From the human T2T-CHM13v2.0 reference genome, Homo sapiens, in assembly GCA_009914755.4 (NCBI GenBank), contig CP068257.2:18112001-18176000 (forward strand): a DNA stretch of 64,000 nucleotides, written 5' to 3'. The notes under the pieces were generated by a model. That model made no database searches and was not told the origin of the DNA. It worked only from the letters and a program-made list of their open reading frames with translations. A program made the translations under genes and the position numbers. Shown here piece by piece: positions 27,271 through 39,469 of this stretch (positions are counted from its first letter, which is position 1; each line of letters starts with the position of its first letter).

Positions 27271-27619
27271 TTCCTAGGTTTTTTGTTTTCCTTGCAATTT
27301 ACTAAAAGTTAACAGAAATGATCAGATTCGGGAAAAATAGAACACAACTAATTTGTATTCAGACATGTTCTTCTGTTTCTGCTTTCATTGCAGAAAGTTT
27401 AACAGAGTTTTGACAGATACAGTTATATGCCTGTGGTTGAAGTCACAGTAGCTCTGTCTGCTAAGCAAATTTATGTATGTCAAATGTCTTATCCTGCCCA
27501 GCTCAATACATGCAATAACATCCTGAAATGAATTTAGTCATTTCATTTCAAATGAGAATTTCTGAATCATATCTATTCTCCTGAGGTTGTTTCAGAATCT
27601 TCCTCTTATTTGAAATTAC

Positions 27620-28953
<1,334 letters not shown>

Positions 28954-30039
28954 TTTTTCTTTAATATCTTGAATTTTTATTTGAGTTAACATAGTATTTC
29001 ATGCTATTTCATTATTCTAAGGTAAATCAAGCATATTAGAATTTATGTGACTACCTTCTCTCAAATCAAGATAGGTGAAAAATATACTGCAGTAAAGCAT
29101 AGTTAGGTTTTGAATTCATTTTTTAATCAATTTGCGAGGTTGAACAACTGTTCTTTACAACATTAAGAAACTTATTCTAAATTTTTCATTTGATGTCACA
29201 GGCGGGTCCCATAATTTATCAATTTATATTTTTCTTAAAGTGTGCATGGATTGCATCAGAGAGATTTCCAGCATATAATCAATTTCCTAGGAATCAACTT
29301 CTCTATTTTTCCATGAAGTAAAGACTTCTGTTTTACCAAAAATATCCGTAAAATAATAAAATAAAAAGAGTAAGCAATTCTTAGTCCAAATGGAAAATAT
29401 TAACACAACATTTTGAGAATTTGGTACGTATTAGAATCCATCCACATATATCTAGAATGTTCTCTTTACACTACCCTAATCTTCAAGAGAAGTTTAGGCA
29501 TTCTTTTTAAGTCTTTTCAGTTTTAATTGTTCTTAACTACCACATTCTTTTTCTATATATTTTCACTGCTAAAATAAATGTTAACTATTTATACTCAACT
29601 GCATATCAACAACTTAATTTGTTTAATTCATTTATTTTAATAACTTTTACCTCTTTTTAAGAGTGGATGTTGGTTTTAAACAATAAGTCCTGGTAATACT
29701 TTTCTTCACACATGATGTCTGTATAGCACTATTAATAACTTGAGATAATAACTAAGTTGCTCTATTATCATCATTATTCCTACTCCCCTATGGAGCTATT
29801 AAAAATTTTTGAAAAGATAAAAAATGTATTTGGTGAGGTCGAGTAAAACATAATAGACTTTTTTAGTGAAGAGATGCATCCAAGTTTGACTATGTGGCTA
29901 TCAACTTTTCCAGCATTTCTAATCTACCAAAAAGAAGACACGGTGTGTTTACATTTTATTGAATGGGAGATGTAATTATACAACTGCTGTTACCTGTTAA
30001 ACTACTCTTCACTTGTGAAAAGGCAAATGCTAGTGATAG

Positions 30040-30900
30040 AGAAAGGGGGCAGGGAAGTGCTGGGAGGAGAAGGGTGGGTCCCTGGTGAGGGCTCCACTCT
30101 CAAGCCTATGCCCACAGACCTAGGTGACTACAGGCACTCTTGTCTTTGGGCCCAAATATTGCATTTCCCAAGACCACCCTGGTCCACCACACCCCTATCC
30201 TGTGCCTTAAAAACCTCAAGACCCTAGAGGGCACACACACAGTGGCTGGACATTGAGAGGAACACACTAGTTGAAGAAGGCACAAGAAGCTGGACATCAA
30301 GAGGAATGCATCAGCGTTAAGAGCACACTGACAGATGCTGGCAGGCCAGCAGGCCATTGACCACAGGAATGACAAAATGTTTGGCCTGGGCAGTCAGAGG
30401 AGAGTCTGGCTGCTAAGTGGCCTGATCCCAGGGGAATACCATGTTCCCACTCCATCTCCCTTCTGGCTCCCCCATCTGCTGAGAGCTACTTCCACTTAAT
30501 AAAACCTTGCACTCATTCTGCAAGGCCACGTGTGATCCTATTCTTTTAGTAGTACACCAAGGCAAGAAACCCTGGGATACAGAAAGTCCTCTGTCCTTGC
30601 AATAAGGCAGGGCATCTAATTGAGCTGATTAACACAAGCCACCTACGGATGGCAAAATTAAAAGTGCACCCTGTAACACACGCCCACTGGGGCTTCAGGA
30701 GCTATAACCATTCACCCTTAGACGCTGCCACAGGGTCAGAGCCCCAGAGCCTGCCAGTTTGTATGCTCCCCCTAGAGGTTTGAGCAGTGGGGCACTGAAA
30801 AAACAAGCCACACCCCGATTGCATGCCTTGCGAGGGGGACAAGGGAACTTTTATCATTTCACTAATAGTTGTAGAATACAACAGTAATGTTAATAGATTC
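30040..30900 (+). other. Possible solo ERV-type LTR remnant (unclassified), moderately GC-rich
   Basis: Contains an LTR-like R-region signature ...CTGCTGAGAGCTACTTCCACTTAATAAAACCTTGCACTCATTCTGCAAGGCCACGTGTGATCC..., a TATAA-like GAGCTATAACC, and generally higher GC than the surroundings. Boundaries and family were not determined, so this rests on weak pattern recognition only. Confidence 0.25.
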
Positions 30901-31154
30901 AAAACTGTGTATTTTTTTAGGAGTTGAAGAGAGCAAAAGGCTAAAAATGCAAAGAGCAACATTCTTCTCATTATAGCTTTGAGTGTTGCAGGAGAGTTGT
31001 TGACATTCCTTGAACAGATTAAAGATCTGTATTAAATATTAGTCATAGAGGTGTATTAGAGTCATATTTTATTTCTGACACAGAATGCACCAATAAACCA
31101 GGAACACAGTATGCACAAGGGGGTGGTAAGTGCTCTCGGATGTCAAAGGGGTAC

Positions 31155-31500
31155 TGTATTAGTCCCTTTTCATGCTCCTGATAAAGACATACCTGAGACT
31201 GGGCCAATTTACAAAAGAAAGAGCTTTAATTGGAGTTAGAGTTCCACGTGACTAGGAAAGTCTCTCAATCATGGTAGAAGGCAAGGAGGAGCAAGTCACG
31301 TCCTACATAGATGGTAGCAAGCAAAGAGAGCTTGCTCAGGAAAACTCCCCTGTATAATAACCATCAGATCTCAAGAGACTTACTGTCAGGAGAACAGCAT
31401 GGGAAAGACCTGCCCCCATGATTCAATTACCTCCCACCGGGTGCCTCCCACAACATGTTTAAAGATGAGATTTGGATGGGGACACAGCCAAACCATATCA
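31155..31500 (-). repeat. 3' LTR of the THE1/MST-class element
   Basis: TGTATTAGTCCCTTTTCATGCTCCTGATAAAGACATACCTGAGACTGGG...CCATCAGATCTCAAGAGACTTACTGTCAGGAGAACAGCATGGGAAAGACCTGCCCCCATGATTCAATTACCTCCCACCGGGTGCCTCCCACAACATG...GATGAGATTTGGATGGGGACACAGCCAAACCATATCA. Confidence 0.8.
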
Positions 31501-33089
31501 CTCCACCCCTGGTCCCTTCCAAACCTCATTTCCTCACATTTCAAACCCCATCATGCCTTCCCAACAATCACCCAGAGTTTCAACTCATTTCAGCATTAAC
31601 TCAAAAGTCCACATAGTCCAAAGTCCCATCTGAGACAAGGCAAGCCTCTTCTGCCTATGAGCCTATAAAATCAAAAGCAAGTTAGTTACTTCCTAGAGAC
31701 AATGGAGGTACAGGCATTGGATAAACACAGCCATTCCAAATGGGAGACATTGGCCAAAACAAAGGGGTTACAGGCCCCATGCAAGTCCAAAATCCAGGAG
31801 GGCAGTCAAATCTTAAAGCTCCAAAATGATCTCCTTTGACTCCATGTCTCACATCCAGGTCACGCTGATGCAAGAGGAGGGTACCCATGGTTTTAGGCAG
31901 CTCCACCATTGTGGTTCTGCAGGATAGAGCCTCCCTCCCAGCTGCTTTCATGGGTTGGTGTTGAGTGTCTATGGCTTCTCCAGGCACACGGTGCAAGCTG
32001 TAGGTGCAAGCTGTAGGTGGATCTACCATTCTGGGATCTGGAGGACAGTGGCCCACTTCTCACAGCTCCACTAGGCAGTGCCCCAGTAGGGACTCCGTGT
32101 GGGGGTTCCAACCCCACATTTCCCTTCCACACTGCCCTGTCAGAGGTTCTCCATGAGAACTCTGTCCCTGCAGCAAACTTTTGCCTGGACATCCAGGCGT
32201 TTCCACACGTCCTCTGAAATCTAGGTTCCCAAACCTCAATTCTTGACTATTGTGTACCCACAGGCTCAACACCATGTGGAAGCTGCCAAGGTTTGGGGTT
32301 TGCACCCTCTGAAGCCATGGCCCGAGCTGTACCTTGGCCCCTTTTAGTCATGGCTGGAGTGGCTGGGATGCAGGGCACCAAGACCCTAGGTTGTGCACAG
32401 CATGGGGACCCTGACTCTGGCACACAGAATCATTTTTTTCTCCTAGGTTTCAGGGCCTGTGATGAGAGGAGCTGCCATGAAGACCTCTGACATGCTCTGG
32501 AGAGATTTTCCCCATGTCTTGAGGATTATCACTGGGCTCCTAGTTACCTATGCAAATTTCTGAAGCTGGCTTGAATTTCACCTCAGAAAATGGGATTTTC
32601 TTTTCTATCACATTGTCAGGCTGCAAATTTTCCAAACTTTTATGCTGTATTTCCCTTTTAAAACTGAATGCCTTTAACAGCACCCAAGTCACCTCTTGAA
32701 TGCTTTGCTGCTTAGAAATTTCTTCTGCCAGATACCCTAAATCATCTCTCTCAATTTCAAAGTTCCACAGATCTCTAGGGCAGGGGAAGAAATGCTTCCA
32801 GTCTCTTTGCTAAAACATAACAAGAGTCACCTCTGCTCTAGTTCCCATTAAGTTCCTATTCTCCATCTGAGGCCACCTCAGCCTGGACCTTATTGTCCAT
32901 ATCACTATCAGCATTTTTGTCAAAGTCATTCAACAAGTCTCTAGGACATTCCAAACTGTCCTACATTTTCCTGTCTTCTTCTGAATCCTCCAAACTGTTC
33001 CAACCTCTGCCTGTTACCCAATTCCAAAGTCACTTCCACATTTTTGGGTATCTTTTCAGCAACGCCCCTCTCTACTGGTACCAATTTAC

Positions 33090-33444
33090 TGTATTAGTCC
33101 ATTTTCACATTGCTGATAGAGACATACCTGCGACTGGGCAACTGTACAAAAAAAAGAGGTTTAATTGGACTTACAGTTCCACATGGCTGGGGAAACCTCA
33201 TAATCACGGTGAAAGGCAAGGAGGAGCAAGTCACGTCTTACATGGATGGCAGCAAGCAAAAAGAGCTTGTGCAGGAAAACTTCCCGTTATAATAACCATC
33301 AGATCTCATGAGTCTTACTCACTATCATGAGAAAAGCACAGGAAAGACCTGCCCCAATGATTCAATTACCTCCCACCAAGTCACTTCCACATCATGTAGG
33401 AATTAAAGATGAGATTTGAGTGGGGACACAGCCAAACTATATCA
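33090..33444 (-). repeat. 5' LTR of the THE1/MST-class element
   Basis: TGTATTAGTCCATTTTCACATTGCTGATAGAGACATACCTGCGACTGGG...CCATCAGATCTCATGAGTCTTACTCACTATCATGAGAAAAGCACAGGAAAGACCTGCCCCAATGATTCAATTACCTCCCACC...GATGAGATTTGAGTGGGGACACAGCCAAACTATATCA. Roughly 80-85% identical to the other LTR by eye. Confidence 0.8.
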
Positions 33445-34199
33445 GGTACATTTCTCAAGGAAGGGCATGGCTGACAACTAGAGGTTATTTACTGAGAACT
33501 CCTTTGGAAGAAAGGATTTAGTAAACATCTCCACTTGGATATGGAAAATTACCTCAGACCTCACAAAAAACCATCAGAAAAAAAGTGTATTGCTTCAGAG
33601 ATTCATGCAAAGAAATATGTGGTCCTTCCAGTGAAAAGAAATTAGTTTCCCCATAGACCTTACAGCTTTATCTGAACATAGTTTTGTCTGGATACAAGTG
33701 AGAGTTCATTAATGGAGGGGTCTTGTACAGATAACTGTAGCACGATTCTCTTCTCCAGAGAATTGTAGCCACATAATTGTGCCATGGAAGCAGTTGGTCA
33801 TGCTTATGGTGATGTGTGAAACTTGGGACATTTGAGAGAGTGAATAAATCCTAGAGCAATTTAGTGATCAGGTAATCTAGCACTCAAACTATACTCTAGG
33901 GAGTAAAAGAGGGACCATTACAATTAATGATTATGCTGGAACAATTTCTAAAAAAAAAAAAAAAATCCCAGAAGTATCCTGGGAAAGCTGTAATCTATAT
34001 GAACTCTAAATTTGAAACATGGTTTATTCAATGCAAGATGGCATGTAATGTTTAAACCAGAATAATCTTTATGAATTCAGTAAAATATATGTGTAGCAAA
34101 CCAGCCCAGGAAACTTCTAAACATAGCACACACTTAACTTCTGTCTTTATAATTATATAGCCTCAAACCAGGTGCTATAGTCCAGATGTTTGTCCCATT

Positions 34200-34560
34200 G
34201 AAATGTTATGTTGAATTTTGTCCCCAGTGTTGGAGGCAGAGCCTAATGGTAGGTGTTTGGATCATGGAGTTGGATGCCTCATGAATAGAATAATGTTCTC
34301 CATGAGGGGGTGGTGAGTGAATTCTCATTCTATTTGTTCATGTGAGAGGTGGTTGTTAAAAAGATCCTGGAACTTCTCTCCCCTCTCTCTTTTGTTTTTT
34401 TCTTTCCGCATGTGATCTCTGTACTTTGGCTCCCTTTCACCTTCTGCCATGAGAAGAAGCAGCTGGAGGCCCCCACCAGAAGCCCAGCGGATGTCAGTGT
34501 CATACTTCTTGTACAGCTTGCCAAACCATGAGCCTAATAAAACTCACAGAAAATGTCCTC
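34200..34560 (+). mobile_element. MaLR-type LTR (MST/MLT-like), forward orientation
   Basis: TGTCCCCAGTGTTGGAGGCAGAGCCTAATGGTAGGTGTTTGGATCATGGAGTTGGATGCCTCATGAATAGAATAATGTTCTCCATGAGGGGGTGGTGAGTGAATTCTCATTC...CACCTTCTGCCATGAGAAGAAGCAGCTGGAGGCCCCCACCAGAAGCCCAGC...GCCAAACCATGAGCCTAATAAAACTC. This follows the MaLR LTR layout (TGTCCCC..ATGTTGAAG...CATGAGGGTGG...CCTTCTGCCATGATTGTGAGGCCTCCCCAGCCATG...). Confidence 0.4.
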
Positions 34561-35467
34561 CTGGAATATTGCTTAGCTGCTGTTGTGGCTCACATGTATG
34601 GAAAAACAAACACTCTGATACTCAAAATAGCGGATGGAAATTAGCTTGGTATTCAAGTCTTGATATGGAACTGGGAGAAATTATACTAGAGGTCAATGGG
34701 AAAAGACTCAAACATTACATAATGGATCTATTAGAATAGCTTTCAATTTAAAAATTGCTATAGAAAGGTAATGGAGTGACAGGGTAGTACATCAAGCCAA
34801 CATTTTAAAATACTAGAGAACTAGAATGAAACATATTACCTCAAACCAGAATACTGAGTGTTACAACAAAATAAAAGAAGTGACCAGTTCACTTTGTCAG
34901 TGGGGAACTACTGGGAGAAGAATCACGAGCAAAAGGAAGGTGAGACACAAGCTATTTCTTCAAAGAGATTATGTAATTTCCAAATCTCAGAGTTGGGTTT
35001 GGCATGTAACATTTCACCAGAGAAGCACGTGAGTGTTTTTCTCAAAGCATTAGTTTTTAGTCTACATCATTCAACCTTGATGACTCAAGTATCAAAATAT
35101 ATCGTCAAAAGAATGACTTCATATATGGGAGATGGATAACTGAGGGTACAGGGAGCTCTTAGCTTTCTAATTCAGGTAACTAATTGTAGGTACTGAGAAA
35201 TATAACTGATAGTTGTATTGACTTAATATAAACTACACATGGTTTGGGAGAAAATTTGCATTATGGTTTTATGCTCCTTGTTGAGTGAACACTGTAGTAT
35301 AAACTCTAAAGCTACTCTTTTTGCAGGAGTGCAGTTAGTTTTGAGTGACCATTTTTTCAAAGACCTAAAATTTCAATAAGGAAATTATTTGACAATAATT
35401 TATCTACTACATCCCCTACCACCACTCTTGGCTATAACATGCAGCAATCAGCTTGGTACTTTTCTGG

Positions 35468-35535
35468 AAAGCACTGAAAATAATATATATATATAATATT
35501 TATATATTATATATATTTTAAAATATTATATATAT
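35468..35535. repeat. (TA)n / AT-rich simple repeat
   Basis: ATATATATATATAATATTTATATATTATATATATTTTAAAATATTATATATATTTTAAA. Confidence 0.75.
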
Positions 35536-35568
35536 TTTAAAGTGTGTATCTGTGTTTGTGGGAGGGGT

Positions 35569-35932
35569 TGTCTTTGTACTTTTGGGCTGCTATAGCAAAC
35601 ATAGGATAAACTGGGTGGCTTATCAATGAGATAAATGTATTTTTCATAGACCTGGAGGCTAGAAAATCCAAAAATAAGGCACTGTCAGATTCAGCATCTA
35701 GTCAGAGCACCCTTTCTGTTTCATAGACGGCCATGTTTTCACTGTGTCCTCACATGGCAAGGGCGTGAAAGATTGCTCTTTGACCACTTTCAAAAAGAGC
35801 ACTAATCCAGTTCGTGAGGAATCCACCTTTATGAATTAATCAGTTCCCATAAGTTTCATTTCCAAATATCATCACATTGAGGGTTAGGTTTTGACATACA
35901 CATTTTAGGGGAATACATACATTCAGTCTATA
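35569..35932 (-). mobile_element. MaLR LTR, MLT1-type (reverse orientation)
   Basis: TGTCTTTGTACTTTTGGGCTGCTATAGCAAACATAGGATAAACTGGGTGGCTTATCAATGAGATAAATGTATTTTTCATAGACCTGGAGGCTAGAAAATCCAAAAATAAGGCACTG...CCTCACATGGCAAGGGCGTGAAAG...AAAAGAGCACTAATCCAGTTCGTGAGGAATCCACC...ATCACATTGAGGGTTAGGTTTTGACATACACATTTTAGGGG. Confidence 0.55.
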
Positions 35933-37226
35933 ATAGGAATATTAATAAAGTCAAGGAAAGAAATTGACTTTTGTTTGTTTTTAATGTAATAAAGCACAAA
36001 GTTGTTCCAAAAGGCTTTTCATCTTGATTTTGCAAAACTTTATTTCCTAGCTGTTGTATAGAAGACTGACCAAGAAGGGCTATTTTCCTTCACCCGTTAC
36101 TCCCATGGGCAGTGCCTGAAAAGTAATAATCTGCATGAGAACCAGTGAAAAAGGAGTACTTTCTGAAGATAAGGCAGTGGAGATTTAAAGTAAGGAATTA
36201 ATGACAGTGAAAAAGAGAGAGAAAATGTTATTATTTTGTTTTTCTAAGGAGAAAATTATATAAACTGAACAGATAAAATTGGATACAGAAATGGAGAAAT
36301 GTCAGTATCTCTCTTGCACCATCTGCTGTGAGGCACATGTGCTCTATTAAAAAGTTCTAAGATTTCTTAGTAATAAAGTATATCTTCTCACCCTTTCATA
36401 TGCGAAGGTCTTATATAGTAAAAATGTGACACATAGGTATCTGGACATAAAATTTCATTTTCAATTTATTTGAACTCTAGTATTGGTAAGTATAAAGGAC
36501 ATTAAAATGGAGGGTATCACATTACAAACATGGTTTGAGTGCTTGCCTGCTAAATGCAGTGGGCATGCTGGCTCAGTTGTTAAGTATTTAAATATATCTA
36601 AAATACACCATCTATTTAAAGTCTGGTGTTCACTTTTCAACCTCGGCAAATATTTGCTCTATTGAATTGTAATACTTTTATGTTTCCCTACTTCTTTAAT
36701 TCAGTTATCTAGGGAGGTCATAAGCTGTTTATAAATATGAAGTCTTTTGTGAATATCCAGAATCACCAAAGCATGAGCAAAATCAAAAATGAAAACACAA
36801 TTTAATTTGTCAAGCATGCTTTTCTAACAATCCATGAATATTGCAGGAAAAATTTAATCTTACTCTTAAAGTAAATGAATAGCTACAATTAATTTTCCAG
36901 TTGTTTAAGTAGTCTTAGGCAGTTAGATATTTTCTGTGAAATTACATTTCAAATTTAACTTTGAAAAAGTATTTTCAAATATAACTCATGTATTATAATA
37001 AATTGAGAACTCATGCCATTTTGGAAAACTGTGGATAAATGATACCAATTTTAATTTATTCTTCTTATAGAAAGACCTAGCTCATATTACATTTTGTGTT
37101 TTTTGTTATACTTTGAAGTTTAATTTATTCCTTATATTTTAGATAAAAAGCTTTTGGTTGTAGATAAAATAGATTCTTAAGAAATAGATTCTGTCTGATT
37201 CCAAAAGCTTTTATTTATGGTAAATC

Positions 37227-37797
37227 TTTTTTTTTATTATTATTATACTTTAAGTTCTGGGGTACCTATGCACAAGGTACAGGTTTGTTACATAGGTACA
37301 CATGTGCCATGTTGGTTTGCTGCACCCATCAGCTCATCATTTACATTAGGTATTTCTCCTAATGCTATCCCTTCCCCAGACCCCCACCCCCCAACAGGCC
37401 CCAGTGTGTGATGTTCTCCTCCCTGCGTCCATGTGTTCTGGTTATTCAACTCCTACCTATGAGTGAGAACATGAGGTGTGTTTGGTTTTCTATCCTTGTG
37501 ATAATTTTCTTAGAATGATGGTTTCCAAGCTTCATCCATGTCCCTGGTCATCAGAGAGATGTAAATCAAAACCACAATGAGATACCATCTCATACCAGTT
37601 AGAATGGCGATCATTAAAAAGTCAGGAAACAATAGATGCTGGAGAGGATGTGGAGAAATAGGAACGCTTTTACACTGTTGGTGGGAGTGTGAATTAATTC
37701 TACCATTGTGGAAGATAGTGTGGTGATTCCTCAAGGATCTAGAACTAGAAATACCATTTGACCCAGCGATCCCATTACTGGGTATAAACCCAAAGGA
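37227..37797 (-). mobile_element. Short L1 insertion with 5' inversion (twin-priming architecture)
   Basis: Segment A, 37237-37548, is the reverse complement of the last ~320 nt of L1: TATTATTATTATACTTTAAGTTCTGGGGTACCTATGCACAAGGTACAGG...GAGTGAGAACATGAGGTGTGTTTGG...GATGGTTTCCAAGCTTCATCCATGTCCCTG. It is preceded by poly(T) at 37227-37236. Segment B, 37549-37797, is L1 ORF2 in the opposite (plus) orientation: ..TCATCAGAGAGATGTAAATCAAAACCACAATGAGATACCATCTCATACCAGTTAGAATGGCGATCATTAAAAAGTCAGGAAAC...TGGTGGGAGTGTGAATTAATTCTACCATTGTGGAAG...ATACCATTTGACCCAGCGATCCCATTACTGGGTATAAACCCAAAGGA. This encodes ...[43 protein letters not shown].... 16-bp TSD TTATTTATGGTAA(A/T)TC at 37211-37226 and 37798-37813. 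Strand is given for the poly(A)-bearing 3' segment. Confidence 0.78.
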
Positions 37798-39139
37798 TTA
37801 TTTATGGTAATTCTTAATTTGTTATTTTATTATTAAGAAGTGGCTGCTTTAATACAAAAACACATGTCATTTTTAGTGTGCTAAGAAATATACCACAATG
37901 TCTTAAGTATTGAATTATAATAAATATGATTTTAATTTTAAAATGTCATGTTTGAAGCTTACTGTGTGTAATTTAAACGTATGTATTTATTATATATATT
38001 AACTTATCTTTTATCATATTTGAGGGTTTTTTAAATTGGAAGTTTATTTTTATGAAGACTGTCAATATTTGTTTTTATATTGTAGACACTGAAATACATA
38101 CAAATAGACACCATTCACCACTAAAGTTTTAAAAATATACTTCTTTGGGTCATAAACATCTCAACCTGATGGCCATTACATTTGATACCTGTAATATATT
38201 TCTAGAATTGCTGGAAGCCACTTCTCATTTGAAGGATTCGCTTTCTTGGAGTTTTTTCTTTTCTGAGCCTGTCTACCATATAATTTCAACTTGAACTTTT
38301 ATTAATATACCTTACCTTGTTTCCTTAGATGGATAGCATAGGTTTGAACATTTCCTGTTGTTGGAATTTCTTGTTTGATTTGGTATGTGACTTTCTGTTT
38401 TTATTTCTAAAGCGCCCCTATGTTTAATTTTTAGAAACCTACTCTCGTCTCTTTTTTGAAAAGATGGATATTTGTTTCACTCTTCTCTCTCACATGCATC
38501 TGATAGGGATGGGCCACTTACAGGTATTCATGTATAAAAAGAAGATATTACTCATTTATGGCATACAAAAAATCCTCTTGCTGATTAGGATGTATAGTTC
38601 AATCAGGTTAGTCTTAGTTCACAAGCTAGAAATTACACTTGGAATACCTTGTTGAGTAAATATGTATCTTGTTGAGTAAATATGGCTATTAGGAATTAGA
38701 CCTGAGGTCTAGAAAACAAAATTATTTTACTCCTTATTTAATCTACTTTTCACTAGATTGTGCTGCTATTCCAAAGGCATTTTTTATTATTTTTAATAAA
38801 AGCCATGGTATTAACATGTTTGAAATACAAGATGAGAAATATTCAAAGTGTAATCAAGCAGTAAAAAATTTTACACTGCTTTCTCTGTGAAATAACCAGA
38901 GTTTGAGGTTTCTTTCTAAATCACTTTTTAATAAAAAAGCTGTGTTTTATAAAATTTATTTTTTCCTTCCATTCTCTAGTGTGACAATTTTGGTGTAACA
39001 TTTCCAAGTTTTGAAAACACGAGTCTTAAATGTGTTCTTTGTGAATTCATTTGACTGTGTGACCTAGAAATCCAGTTTTTCAATACGTCTTTAACAAAAT
39101 CAATAAATGTATAGCTACCTAGAGAATAATTTATCGAGG

Positions 39140-39140
<1 letters not shown>

Positions 39141-39193
<53 letters not shown>

Positions 39194-39469
39194 CAGTCTT
39201 GCTCTGTTGCCCAGGCTGGAGTGCAGTGGCGTGATCTCGGCTCACCGCAAGCTGCGCCTCCTGGGTTCAGGCCATTCTCCTGGCTCAGCCTTCAGAGTAG
39301 CTTGGACTACAGGTGCCCGCCACCATGCCTGGCTAATTTTTTTGTATTTTTAGTAGAGACGGGGTTTCACCGTGTTAGCCAGGATGGTCTCCATCTCCTG
39401 ACCTGGTGATCCGCCTGCCTTGGCCTCTCAAAGTACTGGGATTACTATCATGAGCCACCGCGCCGGGCC
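39141..39469 (-). mobile_element. Alu SINE (AluS/Y-like), full length, reverse orientation, with a ~50-nt uninterrupted poly(T) (= poly(A) tail)
   Basis: T50 homopolymer at 39141-39190, then AGACAGTCTTGCTCTGTTGCCCAGGCTGGAGTGCAGTGGCGTGATCTCGGCTCACCGCAAGCTGCGCCTCCTGGGTTCAGGCCATTCTCC...GGATTACTATCATGAGCCACCGCGCCGGGCC. Accounts for ORF 39107..39409. Confidence 0.92.

Larger units (their letters stand above)
31155..33444 (-). mobile_element. Structurally complete THE1/MST-class MaLR (ERVL-MaLR) element: LTR - ~1.6 kb internal region - LTR
   Basis: Two same-orientation LTRs, each the reverse complement of the THE1/MST LTR consensus (TGATATGGTTTGGCTGTGTCCCCA...GGAGGTAATTGAATCATGGGGGCAGGTCTTTCC...TGAGACTCATGAGATCTGATGGTTATTATA...TGTATTAGTCC). 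The LTRs are 31155-31500 and 33090-33444. The internal region 31501-33089 is 1589 bp, which matches THE1-int length. Flanking 5-bp direct repeat GGTAC at 31150-31154 and 33445-33449. Confidence 0.8.

Noticed and set aside
32893-33330. 145-aa ORF and neighbouring 60-125-aa ORFs between 31682 and 33330
   Set aside because: They fall in the non-coding internal region and LTR of the THE1/MST-class MaLR element. Frames on both strands overlap and have no protein-like composition.
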